A program made the position numbers and the translations under genes. A stretch of 38,552 bases of DNA from NCBI GenBank assembly GCA_004293295.1, contig RDYC01000186.1:1-38552 (forward strand). Reading direction: 5' to 3'. The DNA is from Bacteroidota bacterium (GTDB lineage Bacteria > Bacteroidota > Bacteroidia > UKL13-3). Positions 16,266 through 25,152 of this stretch are shown in pieces. Each line of letters begins with the position of its first letter. The first letter of the stretch is position 1. Under the pieces are notes generated by a model, which saw only the letters and a program-made list of their open reading frames with translations, searched no databases and was not told the origin of the DNA.

Positions 16266-19200
16266 ATGAAAAAATCGTTACCTTTATTATTGCTTATGTT
16301 AGCGGCATTTTTAGGGTCAAATTCCCTAAAGGCGCAAATGACATTGTCTACATTTCCGAAAAACATTTGTTTTAAGGATTTCACTAGTACGACAGTAACA
16401 TTTAATAACCTTCCTAGTGGGGTTAATGTTGATACCCTTTATTTGGATTACGATTCTGACGGTACTACAGATGTAACCATGAATGGTCCTTCAACCTATT
16501 TTAATAACCAATATCAATATCCGGTTTCGGGTCCTTACACCATTACTGCAAGAGCAAAGTATTCAAATGGCACGTATGGAACAGAAACATTCTCCGGCAT
16601 TGTTTACCGATTACCCATCGCTGATTTTGGGATAACCAATTCTCGTATACAATGTTTTAGAGGGAACAAGGTGGAGTTTGAAGACCGCTCTATAAGAACA
16701 GACAATAGCATCATTAGATTACGAATTGTGTGGGGCGATGCTACCTCAGATGATATTGATAACCCATTTTTTGGCCAGAAAATAACTAAGAGTTATACTT
16801 TCAGCAATAAATTTTTGGTGACTTGGAGGGTTATTGATAGTGTGGGTTGCCAGTCTGAGCTTATAAGCCCTCCCGGAAGTGACAAAGAGGTGATTATAAA
16901 AAACAACTTGGCGCCACAGTTTGATGTTTTAGGTCAACGTGGATGCTTCAAGTCTTATTGGACGTTGGATAACACTACAGCAGGGGTAGATTTTAACGGT
17001 TTAAGAAGTTATACTTGGGATTTTGGCGATGGTACAAGAACCACACGTACAGCTCCTTGGGTACTACCCATTGATTCCTTGAATTTTGACACCATCACAA
17101 GAGAGTATACCGAATCAGGTTCCTTTTACCCAGCGTTGATTATTGAAGATACTACGGGTTGTATTGATAGCTTAAGATTAACCCCTTCATCACCTAAGGT
17201 ACCTGAGAATATTAATTTTAAATTTGATATTACGCCAACCTTAAATAAGTCAGATACTTTCCCAAGGCGCGACTCTGTTTGTTTTGGTAATCAATCAGCA
17301 ACGGTTTTCTTTAGGCAAACTCCAGTTGATTTTGCCGGACCTGGCGACTTGTTATGGGATTTTGGAGATCCTCCAACAATGCAGTTAAACTTTAACAACC
17401 AAGATTGGTGGCCTCCACATACTTTCTCAACAGCTAAACAATTTATTGTAAGTTTAAGGATAACAGTGGCTCCTTGTGATACCACCATGACCGATACAGT
17501 AGATATTTTGGGCCCAAGATCTCGAATAGAGAATCCTCCAGCGCAGATTACTATTGATCCTAACCAGAAAAGCCAGTGTGTTATTAATCAAGTGGTTGAG
17601 TTTGCTAACACTTCAATTTATTATAAATCCGACCACGTTTTTAGGTTGTGGGATTTTGGAGATGCTGTTGCCCCAAGATGTACATCATATTTGGTGCCTA
17701 ATAGTGGTTGGCCTCAACCGGGTGGTTGGGTTTACCAAGCAATTCCTCCTTTCCAACAATTAAATAATAGTACAGGTTATTGGACGATGAACGGGATTAA
17801 ATATCCTGGAAAACGAATTGATTGTAATTTCTCTATGGATACGTTGCCTGCTCACAGGTATACTGATTGGGATGTTATTTATCAATGGTATAGGTATGGT
17901 CATGATTTTATGCCTTGGGATACTACCAGATATACAAAAAATCCTGCCGATACTTTGCCAACTGCCGTTCCAAGAAAGTTCTGGGTAATGCCATTTGACA
18001 GCTTACTTTGGGGTAAACCAGTTTATTTGAATCCGGCAACAGGGGCATTCTCATTAACCCAAGGTACTTGGACTGATCCTTTTACTGGACAGCCTCAACC
18101 TTGGCCAAGAATAGATACCATTGATTCTCAAAACCAACCTCGGGATCTTGAGCCTTATAACCGCATCACAATGAATAGAGGAACCCCTGATCCATTTTCT
18201 CTCGAAACAGGTGATTATGCCATATTTCCTATAGGTGGTGTGGTTGATCCAAAAAATCAACCGGGAGGCTTAACTTATCGTAGCACCAGAACCGGTAAAT
18301 TGTATACTTATTCTTATGATAAATTATTGCCTGGGCAAGATGCCAGTAAAACCCTATACCGATATATTTTTGATAGAGAGATACAAAGGTGTTTAACAGT
18401 AAGGCTTAATAACAAAGATTCGCAAAACCACATGGCTGGCGATGAACAATTAGCCACTGATTTTTTAGTGCTTGACTCCTTAGATTGTAATCATGAGGCA
18501 ACTGTTCAGCTTGCATTAACCAGACCAGATGCAAGAGGTCTTGGAAAAGCGGGTAGAGAGTGTCCGGGTAAGTTTAATCAAGGAGGAAACGGTATTCGTT
18601 TCCACCTTAATCAAACCACAGGTGAATTAGGGCGATTCCCTGGAATAAACCCTGATTGCGGCCAAACTTTTATCCTATTAAACCATGACTCCTTAGCTGA
18701 TAGGTTAGATAACACGCCTTGTGTGCTTGACGGGTTTGTTGATTGGCAAGGAGGTACTACTGCGGGTGGATTGTTCCGTCCAATTTTTTCAAATGTTTCT
18801 GATTGGAGTAATCCAATGCAGTTTTGGACATCACCAACTGGAACCAGCACTTGGTATCATTATGGCCCTAACACCGTATTGGGTGGAAATGCATTAGCAC
18901 CTGCCGATCCAACAGGAAATGTTACAGTAGGATTGGTAGTAGGTTCGGGTAATTTCCCCAACACTTGTATAAGCGATACGGTATGGTATCATAATTTCTT
19001 CTTCTTTAAAGAAATGAATGGCAAGTTTTTTATTGACCCTGTAACTGATCCTAATACTGGTGTTGTTAGCAGCGGGCCTTGTAAATTGTACTGCCAAAAT
19101 GATGAAATCACTTTTGTTTATCAAGACAGCTCTCAAGATAGCGTGAAATTTAGTGCCATCTATTGGGGTGATAACCGCATAACTGTTGATAGCTTCGAAT

Positions 19201-21611
19201 ATGCACCAGGTGTTGACGATGGTTATTTTGTTAAGGGAGCCAGAAGGGTGCGTTATAATTTATATTACGGCCCTTGTGGTCAAAGTCCTGAAGTGATTGA
19301 AAGCGTTATTCCTTTCCCTAACGGATTACCGGGTGTAGATGTAGATACCCTATGGTGGGATAATTATACATTTAGGCTCTACAACCCTGCTACCAACCCC
19401 AACGGTTCTCTGCGAATACTGGGTCCTAATTTAGCCGATGACTCCCTTCTGATTAGTGAATGTAGCAGGCAGTACTGGATAGCCCGTAAGGATACTTTAA
19501 AATACTGGTACAGACCTGAGGTTCGGGATAAGGCGCTAATGTTTTTGCCAGTAAAACATAGATTTAGCTCAACCTCTTGGGAAGATGATTGTAAGCAAAC
19601 AAACTCAGTTCCTGATCCGGTTTATCATATTATTGAAAGTATGAAACAGTGCCGACAAACTGAAGTGGATAATAAATTGTTGGTACGCGGTGTAATAGAC
19701 ACTGCTATGGTGAGAAATCAGAAGTTACAATTTGATACCATTTTCTGTGCAAATGAACCGGTTCACTTCTACGATTCAGTAAGGTATTGGAGACCAGATT
19801 GTCTACCAAGTGACCCGGACTTAAACCCTAATCAAGGATGGGAACTTCGTGGGAATCCTTTTGGAGCTTTAGGTGAACCATGGAGTGCTTTGCACATAGA
19901 CACTGCCGATTATTGGAGAAGACATCAAGATAATATTGACTTGCAATGGTCAGATGGTGTTTATGTAGAAAAGTTGAAATGGTACTTTGGTGATGGTGAT
20001 TCAGCAACCGGATCTCGACCAGTTCATAAGTATAAAAGCCCGGGTAAATATGTAGTAACATTAATTAGCTCTGACAGGATTCGTTGTTTTGACACCACTT
20101 ACTGTTATGTGTATATTTCGGAACCGGTATCTAAACCGATTACCAAGCCTGGATTCTATAATTGCGGAGATATTGTTACTTTCTTTGATACATCATACAT
20201 GGAGACATCTCCTGGTATTGAGTTGGCAGATAGTATCCGCAAAACCTACTGGTGGTTTGGGGAACGTACGGTTGATACCACCATGTTTGATGGAGAGAAT
20301 ATTGATACGGCCAAATGGAATTATAGAAGAAACGGGTATTTTAGGATAAAATTGGTTGCTGAAACTTATCAAGGATGTTATGATACCGGTTACACAGATG
20401 TTTACATTGCAGGTCCTAGACCTAAAGTGGCAATACTTGGTGATACAATTGGTTGTGCTCCATTTAAGGTTAGAATGGTTAACCTAGCTGATACTGAAGG
20501 GCCGCAAACGCCTGGTAATCAATTAACCAAAGCTACATTGCTCCAGTGGGGTGACAAAAACAATACGCAATCAAAATCAATACAGCAATTTGATACGTTG
20601 GAGTTTACCTATACCGACACAGGAACATACTATATTTTTGCTGATGGTGATGATCAAGATCCTCCGCAAAACACTGGTTGTGCTATCGTGAGGTATCCTG
20701 ACACGGCAAATGGTAATCAGGCTCCAATTCGCATAGTTGTAAAGCAATCATATCCTGCAAACGTAACCACCAATCTTGCAAAGGTTTGTGTAGACCAACC
20801 TTTTGAAATCATCAATGGCTCGGATACAAGTAGCTATGAGCAATATAAGTTTTCTATTTACACTGGCGATACAACAACTGAAGTAAAATCGTTTATCAGG
20901 GGCAATGACGAATTGAAGTTTACATCAACCATTGACACTCCTGGCACTTACTTGTTGCTGTTAGAGCCTACAAGAATAAAACCTGGGTTGCCAAACTGTA
21001 AGTTGTACGATACTGTGAAGATAGAAGTGGTTGAACCTACAGCTGGATGGACAACCCCTGATTCTAGCGGATCGCAATCTTTCTTTAAATTGGTAAATAC
21101 TTCATTTAGTGCAGGCGACTATACTTGGACGGCCTATGATGCAAAAGACAGAAGTATAATCAAAGCCGGCCCGGTTGATAAGGTAGAGGCTGATAGAGAT
21201 TGGAGTTATGATTTTGGTAAGGATACAGGTGACGTTATTGTTTGTGTAAAAGCTTTCACTTTGGATCCTGCCAGACCAATATGCGATGATGAATATTGTG
21301 ATACCATTTCTTATCGCTTTGTGGTAAGGTTGAAACTATTCAATGTGTTTACGCCAAATGAAGATGGAAGCAATGATGTATTTGATATTGACATTGAAGG
21401 TGAAACTGAATACGATTTGATTATTTACAATCGTTGGGGTACCAAAGTGTTTGAGAGCACCGATTCTAAGAAAGACTGGAATGGAAAGAACCAGAATGAT
21501 GGAGGTGATTGCGCTGAGGGAACCTATTACTTTATATTCAAATATGCATTGCGAAATGGAGAGAAGGGTGATGTGAACGGGACTGTAACGCTGTTGCGCA
21601 AGCAAGAATAA
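16266..21611 (+). CDS. giant T9SS type-B cargo: signal peptide, degenerate PKD-like domains, large uncharacterised W/P/D/C-rich core, gliding-motility C-terminal domain
   Basis: I prefer the start at MKKSLPLLLLMLAAFLGSNSLKAQ (ATG 16266) over the track's 16173, giving 1781 aa. PKD-like strings YTWDFGDGTRT, LWDFGDPP, RLWDFGDA, KWYFGDGDSATGSRPVHKYKSPGKYVV. C-terminus FNVFTPNEDGSNDVF...IYNRWGTKVFES...WNGK...GTYYFIFKY. Confidence 0.9.
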   Translation: MKKSLPLLLLMLAAFLGSNSLKAQMTLSTFPKNICFKDFTSTTVTFNNLPSGVNVDTLYLDYDSDGTTDVTMNGPSTYFNNQYQYPVSGPYTITARAKYSNGTYGTETFSGIVYRLPIADFGITNSRIQCFRGNKVEFEDRSIRTDNSIIRLRIVWGDATSDDIDNPFFGQKITKSYTFSNKFLVTWRVIDSVGCQSELISPPGSDKEVIIKNNLAPQFDVLGQRGCFKSYWTLDNTTAGVDFNGLRSYTWDFGDGTRTTRTAPWVLPIDSLNFDTITREYTESGSFYPALIIEDTTGCIDSLRLTPSSPKVPENINFKFDITPTLNKSDTFPRRDSVCFGNQSATVFFRQTPVDFAGPGDLLWDFGDPPTMQLNFNNQDWWPPHTFSTAKQFIVSLRITVAPCDTTMTDTVDILGPRSRIENPPAQITIDPNQKSQCVINQVVEFANTSIYYKSDHVFRLWDFGDAVAPRCTSYLVPNSGWPQPGGWVYQAIPPFQQLNNSTGYWTMNGIKYPGKRIDCNFSMDTLPAHRYTDWDVIYQWYRYGHDFMPWDTTRYTKNPADTLPTAVPRKFWVMPFDSLLWGKPVYLNPATGAFSLTQGTWTDPFTGQPQPWPRIDTIDSQNQPRDLEPYNRITMNRGTPDPFSLETGDYAIFPIGGVVDPKNQPGGLTYRSTRTGKLYTYSYDKLLPGQDASKTLYRYIFDREIQRCLTVRLNNKDSQNHMAGDEQLATDFLVLDSLDCNHEATVQLALTRPDARGLGKAGRECPGKFNQGGNGIRFHLNQTTGELGRFPGINPDCGQTFILLNHDSLADRLDNTPCVLDGFVDWQGGTTAGGLFRPIFSNVSDWSNPMQFWTSPTGTSTWYHYGPNTVLGGNALAPADPTGNVTVGLVVGSGNFPNTCISDTVWYHNFFFFKEMNGKFFIDPVTDPNTGVVSSGPCKLYCQNDEITFVYQDSSQDSVKFSAIYWGDNRITVDSFEYAPGVDDGYFVKGARRVRYNLYYGPCGQSPEVIESVIPFPNGLPGVDVDTLWWDNYTFRLYNPATNPNGSLRILGPNLADDSLLISECSRQYWIARKDTLKYWYRPEVRDKALMFLPVKHRFSSTSWEDDCKQTNSVPDPVYHIIESMKQCRQTEVDNKLLVRGVIDTAMVRNQKLQFDTIFCANEPVHFYDSVRYWRPDCLPSDPDLNPNQGWELRGNPFGALGEPWSALHIDTADYWRRHQDNIDLQWSDGVYVEKLKWYFGDGDSATGSRPVHKYKSPGKYVVTLISSDRIRCFDTTYCYVYISEPVSKPITKPGFYNCGDIVTFFDTSYMETSPGIELADSIRKTYWWFGERTVDTTMFDGENIDTAKWNYRRNGYFRIKLVAETYQGCYDTGYTDVYIAGPRPKVAILGDTIGCAPFKVRMVNLADTEGPQTPGNQLTKATLLQWGDKNNTQSKSIQQFDTLEFTYTDTGTYYIFADGDDQDPPQNTGCAIVRYPDTANGNQAPIRIVVKQSYPANVTTNLAKVCVDQPFEIINGSDTSSYEQYKFSIYTGDTTTEVKSFIRGNDELKFTSTIDTPGTYLLLLEPTRIKPGLPNCKLYDTVKIEVVEPTAGWTTPDSSGSQSFFKLVNTSFSAGDYTWTAYDAKDRSIIKAGPVDKVEADRDWSYDFGKDTGDVIVCVKAFTLDPARPICDDEYCDTISYRFVVRLKLFNVFTPNEDGSNDVFDIDIEGETEYDLIIYNRWGTKVFESTDSKKDWNGKNQNDGGDCAEGTYYFIFKYALRNGEKGDVNGTVTLLRKQE
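21321..21608 (+). other. coding segment for the T9SS type-B C-terminal domain
   Basis: Last 96 residues: VVRLKLFNVFTPNEDGSNDVFDIDIEGETEYDLIIYNRWGTKVFESTDSKKDWNGKNQ...GTYYFIFKY...GTVTLLRKQE. Confidence 0.8.
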
Positions 21612-21631
21612 TAGTTAATTCATCTAAAAAG

Positions 21632-21662
21632 GGCAGCACAAATCTGGTGCTGCCTTTTTTTT
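21632..21662 (+). terminator. Rho-independent terminator after the giant cargo gene
   Basis: 8-bp GC-rich stem GGCAGCAC (21632-21639) / GTGCTGCC (21647-21654) with a 7-nt loop and T8 (21655-21662), starting 21 nt after the stop codon. Confidence 0.8.
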
Positions 21663-21703
21663 GCAATCAAGTGAAGTATTGGCATATAATTAAAGTTATT
21701 TTT

Positions 21704-21711
21704 TACTTTTG
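21704..21711 (+). promoter_or_regulatory. Bacteroidota -7 promoter box (TACTTTTG) for asd
   Basis: Exact TAnnTTTG, with 20 nt between the G and the asd ATG. A TTG sits at 21679-21681 as a possible -33 element. Confidence 0.45.
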
Positions 21712-21731
21712 AAGAGTAATAATTAAAGTTA

Positions 21732-22727
21732 ATGAGAATAGCCGTTGTTGGAGCCACCGGACTGGTCGGGAACGTAATGCTTAAGGTGTTGGAGGAAAGA
21801 AAATTCCCTGTTACAGAGCTTATTCCTGTGGCTTCCGAAAAATCTGTTGGAAAGGAAATATATTTTAACAGCACGAAATATTTGGTGCATAGCATGCAAC
21901 AGGCGATTGACAAAAAGCCGCACATTGCACTATTTTCAGCAGGTGGAGCTACTTCACTAGCCTATGCAGAGGCTTTTGCCCAAGTGGGCACATTCGTTAT
22001 TGACAACTCTTCGGCATGGCGCATGCATCCGGAAAAAAAGTTAGTTGTGCCAGAAATTAATGCTGACGTACTAACTATTGCTGATAAAATTATTGCAAAT
22101 CCAAACTGCTCCACTATTCAAATGGTGTTAGTGTTGAATGCGCTTCATAAAAAGTACAAAATCAATAGGGTGGTGGTGTCAACCTATCAAAGTGTTACCG
22201 GAACCGGGGTAAAGGCGGTTCAGCAAATGGAGAATGAGCGCAATGGCATAAAAGGAGAAATGGCATACCAATACACTATTGATAAAAATTGTATCCCACA
22301 AATTGATTCATTTCTTGAAAATGGATATACCAAGGAAGAAATGAAGATGATAAATGAGACCAAGAAAATTATGCGTGATGAGGGCATATTGGTTACAGCC
22401 ACTTGTGTGCGTATTCCGGTTATGGGTGGGCACAGCGAAAGTGTAAACGTAGAGTTTGCCCATGATTTTGATTTGGATGATGTAAGGACTTTGCTAGGTA
22501 GCACACCCGGTGTTGTGTTGAAAGATGACACCAGTAATAACCTTTATCCAATGCCTTTGATTGATGCGCAAGGTAGCGATGAGGTATTTGTTGGAAGAAT
22601 AAGACGGGATGAAAGCAGATCAAATGCACTAAACATGTGGATAGTTTCAGATAACCTACGCAAGGGGGCTGCAACTAATGCAATACAAATAGCGGAGTAT
22701 TTATTAAAAGCAAAGCTTATTGGATAA
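21732..22727 (+). CDS. asd: aspartate-semialdehyde dehydrogenase
   Basis: 331 aa. MRIAVVGATGLVGNVMLKVLEERKFP Rossmann start, active-site NPNCSTIQMV, and C-terminal SDNLRKGAATNAIQIAE. Confidence 0.93.
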   Translation: MRIAVVGATGLVGNVMLKVLEERKFPVTELIPVASEKSVGKEIYFNSTKYLVHSMQQAIDKKPHIALFSAGGATSLAYAEAFAQVGTFVIDNSSAWRMHPEKKLVVPEINADVLTIADKIIANPNCSTIQMVLVLNALHKKYKINRVVVSTYQSVTGTGVKAVQQMENERNGIKGEMAYQYTIDKNCIPQIDSFLENGYTKEEMKMINETKKIMRDEGILVTATCVRIPVMGGHSESVNVEFAHDFDLDDVRTLLGSTPGVVLKDDTSNNLYPMPLIDAQGSDEVFVGRIRRDESRSNALNMWIVSDNLRKGAATNAIQIAEYLLKAKLIG

Positions 22728-22728
22728 C

Positions 22729-22968
22729 ATGGATAATGATAAGCCATTCTATAGTAGAAGTCAATTGGCATTAAGGAATGGTCAGGATAAAGAAGAGGTT
22801 TGGGTGGCTTATAAGGGTGTTATTTATAATGTAACAAAAAGCAGGTTGTGGAGAGGTGGTAAGCATTATGAGCATTGGGCTGGTCAAGATTTGACAGAGG
22901 AACTAAAAGATGCACCACATAGTGCAACGGTATTTGATAAATTTGACGTAATTGGATATTTGAGGTAG
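22729..22968 (+). CDS. small cytochrome b5-like heme/steroid-binding domain protein
   Basis: 79 aa from the ATG at 22729 (the track's TTG at 22720 overlaps asd). LALRNGQDKEEVWVAYKGVIYNVTKSRLWRGGKHYEHWAGQDLTEEL fits the cyt-b5-like fold pattern. Confidence 0.65.
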   Translation: MDNDKPFYSRSQLALRNGQDKEEVWVAYKGVIYNVTKSRLWRGGKHYEHWAGQDLTEELKDAPHSATVFDKFDVIGYLR

Positions 22969-22976
22969 TAAAAAAT

Positions 22977-23573
22977 ATGGCAACAAAAGTTATGGACTTG
23001 GAACAGTATGTTTTAAAAGGAATGGCCTACGAGGTGTACCTTTCTTTAATCACGGATTTGTTAAGTGAAGGTAAAACAACCGGCCCTAATCAGGATATTG
23101 ATTTTGTAGAATATACAAAGTTGAACCTGCAGCGAATGGAGCGTTTGAACAAAACTATCGTAATAAACGAAGATTTACAGGAACGTGTTAAGGGAATAAG
23201 TACTCCACAAACGTGGTTATGTATCACTGAAGCTTGGTGTGGGGATGCCGCACAAAATTTGCCACTCTTTGCAGTAATGGCTGATTTAAACCCGTTAATT
23301 AAAATTCGGTTTGTACTTAGAGATGAAAACACAGCCTTAATAGATCAATATTTGACCAATGGCGGTAGGGCTATTCCTATTGTAATTGGTATTGAAGCGG
23401 GTAAGGAGAAATGGAAATGGGGGCCAAGACCGTTGGCTGCTCAGGAAATAGTTAACGAGTTTAAGCGTCATCCAAATGGAACATATGATCAAATGAAAAC
23501 AAACCTGCATGCATGGTATGCAAAGAACAAGACCCAAGACCAGCAACACGAACTTTTAGCTACTATACACTAG
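22977..23573 (+). CDS. thioredoxin-fold family protein (monothiol WCGDA motif)
   Basis: 198 aa. ITEAWCGDAAQNLP sits where WCxxC is found in thioredoxins, and only one Cys is present in the motif. Confidence 0.7.
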   Translation: MATKVMDLEQYVLKGMAYEVYLSLITDLLSEGKTTGPNQDIDFVEYTKLNLQRMERLNKTIVINEDLQERVKGISTPQTWLCITEAWCGDAAQNLPLFAVMADLNPLIKIRFVLRDENTALIDQYLTNGGRAIPIVIGIEAGKEKWKWGPRPLAAQEIVNEFKRHPNGTYDQMKTNLHAWYAKNKTQDQQHELLATIH

Positions 23574-23577
23574 AATT

Positions 23578-23598
23578 AAGCCACTGAAAACGTGGCTT
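23578..23598 (+). terminator. candidate terminator hairpin after the asd operon
   Basis: AAGCCAC (23578-23584) / GTGGCTT (23592-23598), 7-nt loop, followed by an AT-rich ATAAAATATTTATTT rather than a clean U-tract. Confidence 0.45.
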
Positions 23599-23634
23599 AT
23601 AAAATATTTATTTGGTTTATATTGTAAACTAGTT

Positions 23635-23642
23635 TATGTTTG
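23635..23642 (+). promoter_or_regulatory. Bacteroidota -7 promoter box (TATGTTTG)
   Basis: Exact TAnnTTTG, with 20 nt between the G and the ATG at 23663. Confidence 0.45.
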
Positions 23643-23662
23643 TGTTACAAATATAAATACTT

Positions 23663-24559
23663 ATGAAAAAAATATTTATTTACTCGAGTTTGTTATTCAT
23701 CCTGTGTAATACAGCACAGGCACAAACGCTATTTAATAATGGAGGCTTCGAAACTTGGACTAATGCAAAGGGCTACAATGAAGCAGAACATTGGTTTAGC
23801 TTGAATGTATTGAGCACTTCAGGAGGTGGTTTCGAAGAGTCAACTACTGCCACTTTTGATGCATATGCTGGAACACAAGCAGCCCTGCTCATTTCTCAAG
23901 AGAATTTTTTTCAGAACATACCCGGGCTTTTATGTTCAGGTAGCCTAATAAATGACGAAGGAGAACCTGACTTATCTAATCTAGGTATACCATACACTAA
24001 TCGTCCCTCGGCTTTTGAGTTTTATTACAAATATTATCCGGCCCCTGGTGATAGTGCTATTGGGTACGTGATGCTCACCAAATGGAATACAACCACTCAA
24101 AAAAGAGATACCATTGGACTAGGTGAATTTAGTGTGGGCGATTCAGTGAAAACATATACAAAAAAGCAGGTTGACTTAACTTATATTAGCAATGCACAAC
24201 CTGATAGTATTGTGGTGTTTTTCAGCACAAGTTATGATGGGTTTGATCCAAAAATCGGTAGTCAGTTTTTTATTGATGAATTTAAAATGAACTTTCCCGT
24301 TGGCTTGAATCAAAACACCATCATATTAGAGGAATCATTAATCATTTATCCCAATCCATCAGCAGGAGTCATCAATATAGTTTCAAACCATACAACCTCC
24401 GGCATGGTTATATACGATGTTACCGGGAAATGTGTGTTTAGCCTTAACAATCAAGAAGTCAATACCCAACTTTCAACTGTAGGGTGGAAGCCAGGGATAT
24501 ATATTGTTGAAGCGAGTCAAGGCGAAAAAATATTGCGCAAAAAAATAATTGTTCAATAA
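23663..24559 (+). CDS. secreted protein with T9SS type-A (Por_Secre_tail-like) C-terminal sorting domain
   Basis: Signal peptide MKKIFIYSSLLFILCNTAQAQ. C-terminal approximately 73 aa (nt 24338-24556): LIIYPNPSAGVINIVSN...VIYDVTGKCVF...GIYIVEASQGEKILRKKIIVQ. N-terminal domain unassigned. Confidence 0.8.
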   Translation: MKKIFIYSSLLFILCNTAQAQTLFNNGGFETWTNAKGYNEAEHWFSLNVLSTSGGGFEESTTATFDAYAGTQAALLISQENFFQNIPGLLCSGSLINDEGEPDLSNLGIPYTNRPSAFEFYYKYYPAPGDSAIGYVMLTKWNTTTQKRDTIGLGEFSVGDSVKTYTKKQVDLTYISNAQPDSIVVFFSTSYDGFDPKIGSQFFIDEFKMNFPVGLNQNTIILEESLIIYPNPSAGVINIVSNHTTSGMVIYDVTGKCVFSLNNQEVNTQLSTVGWKPGIYIVEASQGEKILRKKIIVQ

Positions 24560-24576
24560 CCAATACCACAATTAAT

Positions 24577-25152
24577 ATGAACGAAAAAGAAGCATTGTTA
24601 TTAATCGAAGAAATGATTAATAGCACCAAACAAGAGGTAAAAGACAATGGATTTTATTACATACTGTGGGGTTGGTTGGTATTTATCGCAGCTATCACGG
24701 ATTATGTGTTACTTATGGTGCTGCACAATAACAACCACGCCATTGTTTGGGGTATTTTGATGCCTTTAGGAGGTTTGGTATCTATTATAGCAGGAAGAAA
24801 ACAGTCTAAAGAACAGCGGGCAAAAACATATGTTGATGAGGCTATTAAATTTTTAACCATAGCCTTTTCTATTAGCCTTTTTATTATTTGTTTCGTGATG
24901 CCAATGACCAATAATAATTGGCGGGCGTTTTATCCAACATTAATGGTGGTTTATGCGTTTGCTATTTTTATTTTCGGAGGATTATTAAGATATAATCCGT
25001 TAATATATGGAGCATGCGTTAATTGGGCTTTGGCAATAATTGGTTATTTTGTAGCCTACGATTGGCAACTGTTGCTCCTTGCGTTAGCTGTATTATGTGG
25101 TTTTATTATTCCCGGGCATCTATTAAATAAGAAATTTCGCAAACGTGTATAA
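24577..25152 (+). CDS. multi-pass membrane protein of unknown function
   Basis: 191 aa. Short soluble N-terminus, then about five hydrophobic spans (YYILWGWLVFIAAITDYVLLMVL, IVWGILMPLGGLVSIIAG and others). Its 3' end overlaps the next gene by 8 nt. Confidence 0.65.
   Translation: MNEKEALLLIEEMINSTKQEVKDNGFYYILWGWLVFIAAITDYVLLMVLHNNNHAIVWGILMPLGGLVSIIAGRKQSKEQRAKTYVDEAIKFLTIAFSISLFIICFVMPMTNNNWRAFYPTLMVVYAFAIFIFGGLLRYNPLIYGACVNWALAIIGYFVAYDWQLLLLALAVLCGFIIPGHLLNKKFRKRV

Noticed and set aside
21620-21925. 101-aa and 64-aa minus-strand ORFs
   Set aside because: They span the terminator, the asd promoter and the asd 5' end in antisense. There is no coding signature.
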